64,000 nt of DNA from a virus: the IMG/VR virus record IMGVR_UViG_3300036715_000875, positions 10,884-74,883 of that record; one strand, written 5' to 3'. The notes beneath the pieces were generated by a model that did no database searches, was not told the origin of the DNA, and was given only the letters and a program-made list of their open reading frames with translations. The stretch's first letter is position 1, and the number at the start of each line of letters is the position of its first letter. A program made the position numbers and the translations under genes. Positions 49,495 through 59,288 of this stretch are shown one piece after another.

Positions 49495-50295
49495 TTAAAG
49501 GTTTGATATACGCCCTCTATAGCTCTCTGAAGTCTGAGTACCAAAGTATTGCCTTGTATCAAAATATGAAGTCCCTAGATTAGAGATAATAAATTGTTGA
49601 CCACTATGGTCACTTATTGGAAAGACTTCAGTATAACCCCCATCAGTCCAATAGTCTGCTCCAGCCTTTATTGCGTCTAGCGATGTTGAGTTAGGAATAT
49701 ATGTGTACCAGCGTCTAAAATTATAATACTGCTCATAATAGTCGTCAACTGCTTCCTTATAAGTGGGATGCCACAGATTATTTGGCCCTACCCAAGAGCC
49801 ATTTGGAGGTGGAGTGTACCCACCAGTATAGTTAGGAGCACCATAATAGTCTTCCATAAATGGGCCTATTATGTCAAACATATTCTCAGTAACTTCAGTA
49901 GCAGCGTCACAAAGAGCCGTAGTGAAATTATACTTTTTAACTTGAGCGTCTATAGATATACCTATTTCACTTATGTCTGTGGATATCCTAATTGTAAGTA
50001 TATTTGTAGTTACATATACTACTAGTTCACTGACCCCTTTAGAATATAGCCAACAAATAACTCTAGGAGTACCAAAGTGACTTTCAGCGATGCTATAGCT
50101 AGGATTGAAAAAATTTGCAGCAATACCGTGCTTGGCGGTAGCTATATCGTATAGGTATATCCATTCATCGCTAAATATATGATACTTATATATTAATACA
50201 TTATTAAGCCTAGCCTCTAGCAACGTATATTGTGCACAAGTAGGCGGTAAGATTAGCGGAATATTCTTATATGTGTTACAATCTAAACAGGCCAT
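49495..50295 (-). CDS. Hypothetical protein (Cys N-terminus, Tyr-rich)
   Basis: 266 aa, AAGGA RBS. Confidence 0.6.
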   Translation of the reverse strand: MACLDCNTYKNIPLILPPTCAQYTLLEARLNNVLIYKYHIFSDEWIYLYDIATAKHGIAANFFNPSYSIAESHFGTPRVICWLYSKGVSELVVYVTTNILTIRISTDISEIGISIDAQVKKYNFTTALCDAATEVTENMFDIIGPFMEDYYGAPNYTGGYTPPPNGSWVGPNNLWHPTYKEAVDDYYEQYYNFRRWYTYIPNSTSLDAIKAGADYWTDGGYTEVFPISDHSGQQFIISNLGTSYFDTRQYFGTQTSESYRGRISNL

Positions 50296-50304
50296 TATTT
50301 TCCT

Positions 50305-51249
50305 TTACACACAAGGTTTAGTAGCGCCATCACAGCACTCAGTATAGGTTTCATTCTGCCAGCTTGTATACTGAGAATATATATCTATCCAGTGGTAGTA
50401 GTCTATTTTAGTTGGCCCTGAGATAGAGCTACAAAAACTTGGCTGTACTTCATACCTATCAACCACGAAATATTGATATTGTGCAGTCGGCCCTGAAGGG
50501 ACTATCACACCATTACAGCCTAAAATAGCAGCTAGAGAAGCGTTATACCCTGTACTATCAGAGGCCCCAGTACTATTATAGTTAGCTCCAGGGCAAAAGC
50601 CCATACCAGCTGATGATACAGAGTATGACCATGAATAATTATAGGTATTACACTGAGTACCATCGGTAGACCGCCAAAGACCCCCGTTATCTGACATCTT
50701 AGTTAATGGGCCTACTACTCTAGTTCCTGGTTTCTCTCTAGTTAAATCATATCCTGTAATAATAAAATTACCATCACTGAATGTATAAGTACAGTTAGTA
50801 TTCTTCGAAGGGACTCGTACTGCTTCATCTTGTAGGAAAAACCTTATACTAGCCTCAGATAAGTTAAGTAGTTCAACTGTCTCCACTTTATAGTTAAAAT
50901 AGATTAAAGTAACCTTTTTATCAGTCAAGTTATACCAGTAATAATCTACATTATTAATACATAAATGCTCAGCTAGGAAAGCTCCACACCCAGGGGAGGT
51001 ACAGTCTGTTGGAGCACCCTTAGAATTTTTACAAGGCTCATCATAATCAACTAGGTATAGCTTTTCATAGTCTAAAATACCTAAATCACCCATAGCTTGA
51101 GAAAATATAGCGTCATAGTCACTCATTGGAGCTTCTATCTGCTCAAGTGTAGTAAATTCTTTAGCGCTATTTTCATTAAGCCAAGTTTGGTCTTTAGCTT
51201 CTGTAAAGTCTAAGTCTGAATTAGCATCATCTAGAGGTAAAGAAATCAT
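50305..51249 (-). CDS. Cys-rich hypothetical protein
   Basis: 314 aa, ATGA overlap, many Cys. Confidence 0.6.
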   Translation of the reverse strand: MISLPLDDANSDLDFTEAKDQTWLNENSAKEFTTLEQIEAPMSDYDAIFSQAMGDLGILDYEKLYLVDYDEPCKNSKGAPTDCTSPGCGAFLAEHLCINNVDYYWYNLTDKKVTLIYFNYKVETVELLNLSEASIRFFLQDEAVRVPSKNTNCTYTFSDGNFIITGYDLTREKPGTRVVGPLTKMSDNGGLWRSTDGTQCNTYNYSWSYSVSSAGMGFCPGANYNSTGASDSTGYNASLAAILGCNGVIVPSGPTAQYQYFVVDRYEVQPSFCSSISGPTKIDYYHWIDIYSQYTSWQNETYTECCDGATKPCV

Positions 51250-51488
51250 ATATCTTCTCTTTTACCAGCTGTATTTCTTAGTTTAGCCATAGCTGTATCA
51301 ACTATTCGCCATATCCGCTGTCTTGATACCTGAACTATATCAGCTATATCCTCTACTTCATACTCTTTTGGCATTATAGAAATATCTAATGAACAGTTAC
51401 CTTTTTTATTTCTATACTGACAAAACCGTGAATTACAGGCTAGAGAGTCAGGAAGACTCTCAGGACATAGATCAATTGGCTTTAGCAT
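51246..51488 (-). CDS. Stand-alone sigma70 region 4.2 HTH protein with Cys-rich N-terminus
   Basis: YEVEDIADIVQVSRQRIWRIVDTAMAKLR resembles TLEEVG...VTRERIRQIE.KAL.KLR. Confidence 0.8.
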   Translation of the reverse strand: MLKPIDLCPESLPDSLACNSRFCQYRNKKGNCSLDISIMPKEYEVEDIADIVQVSRQRIWRIVDTAMAKLRNTAGKREDI

Positions 51489-51801
51489 CTGACTCGCCAG
51501 CAGTTGTACCCATAATTTGGGCAGTTAGTTTTTCAAGGGAGTAATCCTTGTTTTCTACTGCAAAGCGAATCATCGTAAGCTCTTCAAGAAGCTCAGGATT
51601 ATTTAGGCCAAGGCGGCTAACAAGCTTACTGATAAGCAACTTAATTGGAAAGTTATCCTTATTTGTATTCAAAAGCTGTAAGCTTTCACCAACAAGGGAA
51701 AGACCCTCAATAAACATCTCATAAGCATCTTTTGTTGATACTTCCTCATCCGCTACTTGTACAGTATTATCTACTGGTACTAACTCTTCATCTTTTGGCA
51801 T
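51472..51801 (-). CDS. Acidic hypothetical protein
   Basis: 109 aa, AAGGA RBS. Confidence 0.65.
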   Translation of the reverse strand: MPKDEELVPVDNTVQVADEEVSTKDAYEMFIEGLSLVGESLQLLNTNKDNFPIKLLISKLVSRLGLNNPELLEELTMIRFAVENKDYSLEKLTAQIMGTTAGESDAKAN

Positions 51802-51811
51802 TTTTGTTCCT

Positions 51812-52474
51812 TTATGGTATTAAGATTGATGATCTAAAAGATCTATTTTTATGGATATCTATTGTATACGCGTATACTCTAGCTCCAGAAGCTCTAGCTG
51901 AGCTAAATGTAGCAGAGTTAAGTGCACCTGTATTAGCAGCTGTACCTGTAGCTAACGTTGTACCGTCCTCAGCCTCTATAACATAAGCGGACGGGGTGCT
52001 TAGGGTTATACTAACATTTATTGAAGTGGGCGAGCTAAGAACTGGTCCAGCTTTTGTAATCTGAGCGAGATTAGGAATATTTACAGTAGTTAAGACTTCT
52101 ACAGTTCCATTATCCGTGAATACTATCTCAGTATTACTGATTGACTTTATCTTTTTTAGCCCAAATGTTAGTACATTAGTTCCCTTTAAGGTAAACGAAC
52201 TAGTCCCTATGTATAAATCAGGATTTCCTAGAGTTGCGTCAAAAATAATAGGTAGATCAGAAGTTTTAACCCCTACCTGTAAAGCTCCTGAAGCATCTAG
52301 CACTTTACCAATCTTAGACAAAGCTGCATAGTTTAACCAGAAAGTCTCTACACCAGAACCTCTATTAATGGCTACACCTAGCGCTGAAGGACTAATAACT
52401 ACTTCTCTAGTTACTAGTGGGTCTGTAGCAAAAGCTGCGTGAGAAAGACTTCTAAGGAGAATACCTGCATACAT
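51812..52474 (-). CDS. Hypothetical beta-rich protein (Ig-like C-terminus)
   Basis: 220 aa, GAGG RBS, promoter motif at 52503-52516. Confidence 0.55.
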   Translation of the reverse strand: MYAGILLRSLSHAAFATDPLVTREVVISPSALGVAINRGSGVETFWLNYAALSKIGKVLDASGALQVGVKTSDLPIIFDATLGNPDLYIGTSSFTLKGTNVLTFGLKKIKSISNTEIVFTDNGTVEVLTTVNIPNLAQITKAGPVLSSPTSINVSITLSTPSAYVIEAEDGTTLATGTAANTGALNSATFSSARASGARVYAYTIDIHKNRSFRSSILIP

Positions 52475-52502
52475 TTTTACACCTCTGGTTAACTGAAATT
52501 TT

Positions 52503-52516
52503 ATTATACTACAAGT
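52503..52516 (-). promoter_or_regulatory. Extended -10 promoter ACTTGTAGTATAAT
   Basis: Upstream of the operon containing the region-4.2 gene. Confidence 0.75.
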
Positions 52517-52520
52517 AGGC

Positions 52521-55500
52521 TTAGCTATACTTGTTAAACTCTTTACCCACTATAAGCTCTTTGGTAGCCAACTTTGTAAGGTCACTTATTAAAGAGTAAG
52601 AAGTGATATTATACACCCCTTCGTGTTTCCATACCATTGTTGCCCAGTAGTCTATGCCATTAATAATGATTCTGCCTGCTAGCTTAGCTTCTGATCTAGC
52701 TATTTCTATAGTATTAAAGTTATTGGTGGTATATATTGTGGCTATACTTGCACGCTTTTTAATTATCACAGGTATTGTAGCGTTTATTAAGGCTCCCTTA
52801 ATCTGAACTATTGTTGTAGAAAGTATATCAATAGCTACTCCATTAAGCTTCCATACACCAGGGTCATAGCTTGAGGCTACTACAGATACTGAAGTACTAT
52901 AGTCTCCATTTATAGCATTAGCAAATGATACAATAGGGGTAGCTTCAACTTCACTTAATGGAGGTGTTTCAAAGTAATAGAAGCCATTAGCATCATAGTA
53001 TATATTTTCTCCTCCCCTAATTACGTTTAAGTTTCCTATAACTGGAAGTTTTATAGCTGCAACACTTACGTAGCCCTGTAAAATAGCTATAAAATCTTCA
53101 GGTAAGATATTATGATTACTGTTATAAGTAGGCCAAGTACCTACTATGTTAGACCTAGACTGGACAGTCGTATTAGTTATTGACTGGATATGGTACTGTC
53201 TATTATAGCCTAGGTTAAGAACAAAAGTTGTCTCAGCATTAAGCACTCCAATATAGTTTTCATTATGCTTTAGTGGAGCTGGCTTTAGTAGTATATCTCC
53301 ATAAGAAGAGCTATCAACTATGGTATAAACATAATAGGCTTCTGTTATCCTAAGTATCTGTATATTATCTATTACTTGGTATCTTAAATTAGGGTTAAAT
53401 ATTATACCATTTATAGTTATATAATTACCTATATCTCTTAAGTCTATCTTTCCATGGAATACTACATCACCTATGTTATCAACATCAGAGAAATCATAAG
53501 GGTCTATTTCATTATAGTCTTCAGACGTAGAAGCTTCAGTGTTAAAGTACTCATTAGCCTCTATATTCATTAAGTTCCCATCTAAATATTCGAATGGCTG
53601 TGGTTCCCAGAATTGTAAGTTTCCATCTAGGTATGTAGGCCATGTAGGTACTGCCTCTGTATATGACTGAGTTATATATGTACCACTACGGTTAGCTTTA
53701 TCCTGCTTAAGATTTAGAACATTTGTCGTATTACGCCGGCTTTGCCATTTAATGCTTAAGCTCTTACTTATTGTGCTATACTTATGGCTTAATAGGGCTA
53801 TATTAAGGTGCTCATATGAATACTTATATAGCCTATAAAGTAGGGCTATACCATAAGAAATCATGCTTTTATTACTAGAAAGGACTAGTAAGTTTCTTGT
53901 TATCCATAGACCTTGTTTATTAAAGGATAAGTCTATCTTCTTCTGGACTTTAGTGTAGTTCTTTGTATAAAGTAGTTTAACGTGATAGATAAACGTAGAG
54001 GTACTCTGGGTTATACTATTTCTTAGGGCTAAGACTACTTGTATCTTACGTGAGCTAGTATACTTTAATTTATTTACAGCGTGGACTTTTACAGCTGATA
54101 GGGCATATCTAAGACCCTTAACACTATTAAGCCTAGGATTAGCCCCTATACTACTAGTAGTGTTTAAATAGTTTATTAACTTTCCAGAAGCATCAAATAG
54201 GGTTGTTTTACCCTTTATTGTTAAACCTGAGGATAAGTCTAATGACTGAGCTAAGGTTACTGTTGATAGTATCCCAGGGTTATCCTCGTATGTAACTAGT
54301 GCCCTATCTATTGTTAAGTCTATACTTACTAGCTTATTGCCTACTATGATATAAGCTACTTTACTATCAGGGCTTATATCTATGAATGTAAATGTTTGAT
54401 TATCAAAGCTAACTGGTAATGAAGGGCTATATACTGACTGGCTATCCATAGCTATAGAGTACGCCTTTGTAGCTAGATTCAAGTTAAAGACTATAACTTT
54501 GGAGAAGTATAATAGAACCGCTTTAGCTCCATCAGGAGAAATAGCTGTTCTTCCCGTACCCATTAACTCTGGAAAACTCCTACCATAAGTAGACCCAGCG
54601 GCTATATAGCTAGTTATCTGGTCATTTATAAAGTCAACCCTTTGTACATTACCATTAATTAAAAGAAACATACAATCTACTTGAGGTACATACCAGTACC
54701 TTTCTGCAGAACCATAGATACTATATAAGGGTAATGCTTCTCTATTAGTTAATACCCCATTAGGTTGTATAAAGGCCCTATAAATTGGTATACCTGACCC
54801 TTGGTTGACCTCTCCTCCATAGTATAGCCAGCCTTTACGGATAAACATAGAACCGCACATACTCTGGTAGTCTAATAGCTTATCTGCATAGGGCTGCCCT
54901 GTTAACCCTGTAGTATACTCTCCAGGAGAAGCTTCTCTTATATAGTTTATCTTATCTACATAGTTCCCATTAAAGCTTACATAGAATAAAATACTACTAC
55001 TATCAAGCTGGGATAGTGGTGGCGCAAAGTACTTTCCAGTTATAGCTATAGTACCTACTTGAGTTAAAGTATTAGCATCTGGGGCAATAGCGGGTATAGG
55101 GCTATTATAGCTATATTTAGAAAAAGCTACGCCCAAGCTCTTAGAGTTAATTGAGCCTATAGCCTTATTATACATAAGTTGTATAGGCTTACTTATAGGG
55201 CTAGTAAGTTGGTAGACTAGCTGCATCTGACTAAGAATAGTCGCTACTTTAGGGTTAGCGACATTATAGCTTAATATTCTACTAGCACCTACCTGGCTAA
55301 AATATTTAGTCTTATTAAATAGTAAGCTATTACTAGTTTGAATCTTAGTGATAAGTGTATTATATACTAAGACTCTAATAACCTGTAAACTACTAACAGC
55401 CCACATACCTGATATATTATATAATAAGACTATAGCTTTTGCTTGAACCTTAGGCTGTATAGAACTACGTATCCTTAAGTTTACTTGCCCTAAAGGCAGT

Positions 55501-55544
55501 TCTTCTTGATATCCGGTTTCAACATACCCTAATTCAAAATACAT
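52521..55544 (-). CDS. Large mosaic virion-like protein
   Basis: 1007 aa; MYFELGYVETGY N-terminus; ISPDG/ISPDS propeller-like repeats. Confidence 0.55.
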   Translation of the reverse strand: MYFELGYVETGYQEELPLGQVNLRIRSSIQPKVQAKAIVLLYNISGMWAVSSLQVIRVLVYNTLITKIQTSNSLLFNKTKYFSQVGASRILSYNVANPKVATILSQMQLVYQLTSPISKPIQLMYNKAIGSINSKSLGVAFSKYSYNSPIPAIAPDANTLTQVGTIAITGKYFAPPLSQLDSSSILFYVSFNGNYVDKINYIREASPGEYTTGLTGQPYADKLLDYQSMCGSMFIRKGWLYYGGEVNQGSGIPIYRAFIQPNGVLTNREALPLYSIYGSAERYWYVPQVDCMFLLINGNVQRVDFINDQITSYIAAGSTYGRSFPELMGTGRTAISPDGAKAVLLYFSKVIVFNLNLATKAYSIAMDSQSVYSPSLPVSFDNQTFTFIDISPDSKVAYIIVGNKLVSIDLTIDRALVTYEDNPGILSTVTLAQSLDLSSGLTIKGKTTLFDASGKLINYLNTTSSIGANPRLNSVKGLRYALSAVKVHAVNKLKYTSSRKIQVVLALRNSITQSTSTFIYHVKLLYTKNYTKVQKKIDLSFNKQGLWITRNLLVLSSNKSMISYGIALLYRLYKYSYEHLNIALLSHKYSTISKSLSIKWQSRRNTTNVLNLKQDKANRSGTYITQSYTEAVPTWPTYLDGNLQFWEPQPFEYLDGNLMNIEANEYFNTEASTSEDYNEIDPYDFSDVDNIGDVVFHGKIDLRDIGNYITINGIIFNPNLRYQVIDNIQILRITEAYYVYTIVDSSSYGDILLKPAPLKHNENYIGVLNAETTFVLNLGYNRQYHIQSITNTTVQSRSNIVGTWPTYNSNHNILPEDFIAILQGYVSVAAIKLPVIGNLNVIRGGENIYYDANGFYYFETPPLSEVEATPIVSFANAINGDYSTSVSVVASSYDPGVWKLNGVAIDILSTTIVQIKGALINATIPVIIKKRASIATIYTTNNFNTIEIARSEAKLAGRIIINGIDYWATMVWKHEGVYNITSYSLISDLTKLATKELIVGKEFNKYS

Positions 55545-56224
55545 TATACAGGGTCAAAATAAAATGTTAGCCTAGAAGTATTACTCAGCTGCTCCGCTGA
55601 GTATGCTTTAACTGTTTGTTTTACCCAGATACCTTTATACGCAGCTGGAGCTAAAGTACCAGCCGCTATATTCGCGGATACATAAGTATTATTAAGTATA
55701 ATGCCTATTGGTATGTCTTCTACTACTGTAAGGTTTGTAGAAGTGATAGCTGCGATTGTGGCAGACGCTAGCTTTGCACCAGAAGTAGAGTCATAAAAAG
55801 TAACCCTATCAGCTACTTGAAACAAGGCTGTTGCTCTAGTCGGGTCTTCTAATTGAATAGCTACAGCTTTTGTAGTTCTATTCAACTCTCCGGTTGTTTG
55901 AGCTACTCCGTAGAATCTCATCCCAGTGAACGTTTCAGTTGAAGATGTAGTAGCGTTTGCAGTAGAGACCCCTAGCTCAAAGTTATCATCCCCTAAAGTG
56001 AAAGCTGATAAAGCTATAACAGAAGCTAGCATTGAGTCTACACCATTAGTATTCTTAACATAGAACTTTTTATACTTAGTAGCACCTAACTCTGACTCTG
56101 TAGCTGAGACTGCAGGTATTAAGGCATGGAGTACATTAGTAACAATCTCAGAGGCGGTATTGATATCTCCACCTGTGGCTGTTAATGCGTTATAAAATTT
56201 AACGTCTGTAGATATAGCGGCCAT
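55544..56224 (-). CDS. Virion structural-like protein
   Basis: 226 aa; L.P.VS..E...G.TKY.K.Y.KN pattern seen in phage tail proteins; AAGGA RBS. Confidence 0.55.
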   Translation of the reverse strand: MAAISTDVKFYNALTATGGDINTASEIVTNVLHALIPAVSATESELGATKYKKFYVKNTNGVDSMLASVIALSAFTLGDDNFELGVSTANATTSSTETFTGMRFYGVAQTTGELNRTTKAVAIQLEDPTRATALFQVADRVTFYDSTSGAKLASATIAAITSTNLTVVEDIPIGIILNNTYVSANIAAGTLAPAAYKGIWVKQTVKAYSAEQLSNTSRLTFYFDPV

Positions 56225-56285
56225 TTAATGTTCCTTTTAGGTCGTATTATTGCTTTAATATATGTTTAATATTTAATGGTAGCTG

Positions 56286-57734
56286 CTAAACTAGCACCGC
56301 TGTTCGTATCCCTAAGCTAACTGTCTTTACTGCAGAGGCATTTTTAGTAGTGTTAACTACCACTACTGGACTAGCATCCTTAGAAGGCGTTACTACCTGA
56401 GTATAGTTAACTCTAAGCAAATTAGCTGCCCAACTAGTCGTGCTTACAGCTGGGGCAACTCCATTACAAAGAACCGCTGGGGCAATTCCAGTGTAGATAT
56501 CTCCAGTTGGAAACACTGTAGGAGAGACTGCAAAGTTATAGGTATACTTAACACTATTTAGTCTAACAACGTCTAGCTCAGCTGTGGTTAGTAACCCACT
56601 AAATATATGACAAGAGTCAATAGCCCCATACTCAGCAGTCTTATTAGTCTGAAATCTTGTTATCTGGAACTTATTAGTATTTACAAATGTAGGTCTAGTA
56701 AGATTTATACCTTCATCAACCCCATCTATATAGCATGTCATAGCCCCAGCAGTCGGTATAAGAAGCTGTACACAATACCAAGTATTTAATACCATAGTCT
56801 GTAGTACAGCTGTTGTTGTAGCCCTATTATTTATAGTTATATAGATTTTACCTGCGTTTGCATAGATCTCTATATTTCCGCCTTTATTATACTCTCCAAT
56901 AGCGAAGTTAATACCATCAAGAGTTAGGTTAGATACATTTAGCCAGAGGCTCACTGTATAAGCTTGTCCAGCCGTAAACCCAGTAGCTTTTGTACTAAGT
57001 AGCCCTGTACCTCCATAAGCAGTCATTCTCATGCCATTACCATACTTACCAGTGATATAAGATACAGTGGCTGAGCCTACTACCCATGGGTTAGCGTTTA
57101 TAAGCTCAGTTAAATCACTAAACGCCCAAGACCAGAGCAATGGCTTTCCAGAAAAATTAGATGTAGTCTGTGTCTCTAAAAAAGATATATTAATAGCTGT
57201 TGTTGTTGTAAAGGATAATATAACTAGCTTAGTAGCGGTTGATACGAACCATACAGCTGCTTCAGGAATAGCTACCGGTGCATTAAGGAATAGCTGCGTT
57301 CCTGAATACCCTATATAAGCAGTTATCGGTGTAGCCATTACTTCTAGATAATTAAGTATATAATACTGCATAGGGGTAGGTAGGTTATAAGTTAGGTCAT
57401 AGCCAGTTCCTCCAGAGCCTATAGGTAGGGACTGCTGATACACCTGTAGCGCTGCTGAATCTTGCCAGTTAACTATTGGAGTAGATAAAACTAGGCTATC
57501 TCGCTTACCTTGAGAATATGCTATAGTCTTTACTCTAGTCGCTTCAATTTTAGACATAGCTATGCCTTCAGGAGCTACTACAGTTAAAACTATAGGTACC
57601 CTAGTTGAATTCCAGTACTCAATAGTAGTATCTGTAGGTTTGGCAGTTATTTGGCTCTCTAAGAAAGTCATGTTACCATCAGCTTCTACTATGGTCAATT
57701 CTCTATCTAAGACTGATTTTAAATTTAATGGCAT
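56286..57734 (-). CDS. Tail fibre-like protein with LamG/concanavalin-A-like domain
   Basis: GKYGNG, YTVSLWLN, LNTWY, YIDG, GAID...F...LT..E; N-terminal LT..E.DGN motif. Confidence 0.7.
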   Translation of the reverse strand: MPLNLKSVLDRELTIVEADGNMTFLESQITAKPTDTTIEYWNSTRVPIVLTVVAPEGIAMSKIEATRVKTIAYSQGKRDSLVLSTPIVNWQDSAALQVYQQSLPIGSGGTGYDLTYNLPTPMQYYILNYLEVMATPITAYIGYSGTQLFLNAPVAIPEAAVWFVSTATKLVILSFTTTTAINISFLETQTTSNFSGKPLLWSWAFSDLTELINANPWVVGSATVSYITGKYGNGMRMTAYGGTGLLSTKATGFTAGQAYTVSLWLNVSNLTLDGINFAIGEYNKGGNIEIYANAGKIYITINNRATTTAVLQTMVLNTWYCVQLLIPTAGAMTCYIDGVDEGINLTRPTFVNTNKFQITRFQTNKTAEYGAIDSCHIFSGLLTTAELDVVRLNSVKYTYNFAVSPTVFPTGDIYTGIAPAVLCNGVAPAVSTTSWAANLLRVNYTQVVTPSKDASPVVVVNTTKNASAVKTVSLGIRTAVLV

Positions 57735-58033
57735 TATGCACTCCAGGTAACTATTACAATATAGGGTATAGGGAGCTGATTAGGTGTATGGTATATAAAG
57801 CTAAGCTGTACTGAAGAAGAAGGCATTGTAAATGATATAGAGCTTGGGTATATAATAGAATCTTCAGTATCTAAGGGGTCTAGAGCCGCGTTAACTGTTA
57901 TAGCTTGTCCTGTAGTCCCAGATAAATTACCTGTAAATACTGGAGTATATCCCCGTGCTTCAAAGTATCTAAAGTTAGCATCAAGTTCATTATAAGTTAA
58001 TGTGCTACCTTTTGTTACATATTTTGTAATCAT
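57734..58033 (-). CDS. Small fibre-anchor-motif protein
   Basis: KGSTLTYNELDANF. Confidence 0.65.
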   Translation of the reverse strand: MITKYVTKGSTLTYNELDANFRYFEARGYTPVFTGNLSGTTGQAITVNAALDPLDTEDSIIYPSSISFTMPSSSVQLSFIYHTPNQLPIPYIVIVTWSA

Positions 58034-58079
58034 AAGCTATATCCTTGAGTAATAACGAGTAAATCTGCAGCTGATAATG

Positions 58080-58355
58080 CTACTGAACTGCGGTTAAGTT
58101 AGATAAGATTTTACCTTTTTCTAGACTTGTAATAGAACCTACACCAGGGAGATTTATAACTTCTCCTGTAGCTATCTTAATAATAGGGTTAAACGTGCTA
58201 GAGTAATAGCCCGCTAAAGGGTTAAAATTACTAATTATAATGCCTGATATAATAGGCTTAGGTGTGACTAAAATAGCCGATATATCTGCTTCAATATAAT
58301 TAGCTTCAATCTCTGCATCAGAAAGATAAGAGCCTTTAACTACTCTATAAGTCAT
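58080..58355 (-). CDS. Small fibre-anchor-motif protein
   Basis: KGSYLSDAEIEANY. Confidence 0.6.
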   Translation of the reverse strand: MTYRVVKGSYLSDAEIEANYIEADISAILVTPKPIISGIIISNFNPLAGYYSSTFNPIIKIATGEVINLPGVGSITSLEKGKILSNLTAVQ

Positions 58356-59050
58356 TAGTAGAGCTCCCCTGAGTTATTTATTATATACTGAAACTCAACC
58401 CAGTCTAAGTATGTAGCGTGTGAACGCTGTTTCTTCCTTATAATGAAGTTTATAAAATGGTATTCTCTAATATTTTCTCTTAATATTCTAGCTGTGTCAA
58501 ATAAGAGATAGATATGCTTTAGCTCGTCTGGCCATTCACCTTTACCATACATGAGTAGAGGTGTGAAGTCAAAGCTCTTACCATTTGGTACTCTCTTCCA
58601 GATAAAGATAAACTTAGACTGTCTAATATAGAAGTGGTAAGGATGAATGCTAGCATCAACTGTAAAGTTCATCCCAACTTCTGGAATAAAAGTTCTTTTA
58701 GTGGACTTTGGCATATATACCTCGTGGGCTACGCCTTCAAAAAATACTTTAGTCTTGACTACATCTAAGTCACTTCTTGATGTAGGGGTTTTAATATTTT
58801 TATTGGCTCTTCTAGTAAATGAGCCAAATACTGTTTTTGACTTCATCTTTCTAAAGGCTTTATCTTTCCCTGCATTATAATAATGTGTGTCTCTCCAGCC
58901 TTCTCTATAGAACGTATTTGTTGACCCTTGTACCATATGTTGACCAAGTAGGAATAGATAAAAATCATTATTACGCCATTGAAGTATCTCATCTTTAGAG
59001 AAAACAAAATTACAATCCCAATCTGCTACCATATCGAATACTTCTAACAA
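58355..59050 (-). CDS. Basic/aromatic hypothetical protein
   Basis: 231 aa, TTG start behind AAGGT. Confidence 0.6.
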   Translation of the reverse strand: MLEVFDMVADWDCNFVFSKDEILQWRNNDFYLFLLGQHMVQGSTNTFYREGWRDTHYYNAGKDKAFRKMKSKTVFGSFTRRANKNIKTPTSRSDLDVVKTKVFFEGVAHEVYMPKSTKRTFIPEVGMNFTVDASIHPYHFYIRQSKFIFIWKRVPNGKSFDFTPLLMYGKGEWPDELKHIYLLFDTARILRENIREYHFINFIIRKKQRSHATYLDWVEFQYIINNSGELY

Positions 59051-59109
59051 TTTTGCTACCTTTCAAGTGTGTTTACTGATCGTGTGGGGTCCATAGAACC
59101 TTAATGATA

Positions 59110-59280
59110 TTATTCTGGCTGTAGAATACTTATACGCATTTTTTCATTATTTACTGTAGTATATCCGATTAATGCCCAAATAGCAAATAGCTCATATTCT
59201 CTTAATACTAGGTTAGCTATAGATAGACCTATAGAGGCTATTATAATAATGAATGCAGCCCACTGTTTAAATGTTTCCAT
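59110..59280 (-). CDS. Small membrane protein (56 aa, not in the ORF track)
   Basis: AAGGA RBS; METFKQWAAFIIIIASIGLSIANLVLREYELFAIWALIGYTTV... Confidence 0.65.
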   Translation of the reverse strand: METFKQWAAFIIIIASIGLSIANLVLREYELFAIWALIGYTTVNNEKMRISILQPE

Positions 59281-59288
59281 GATAATCC

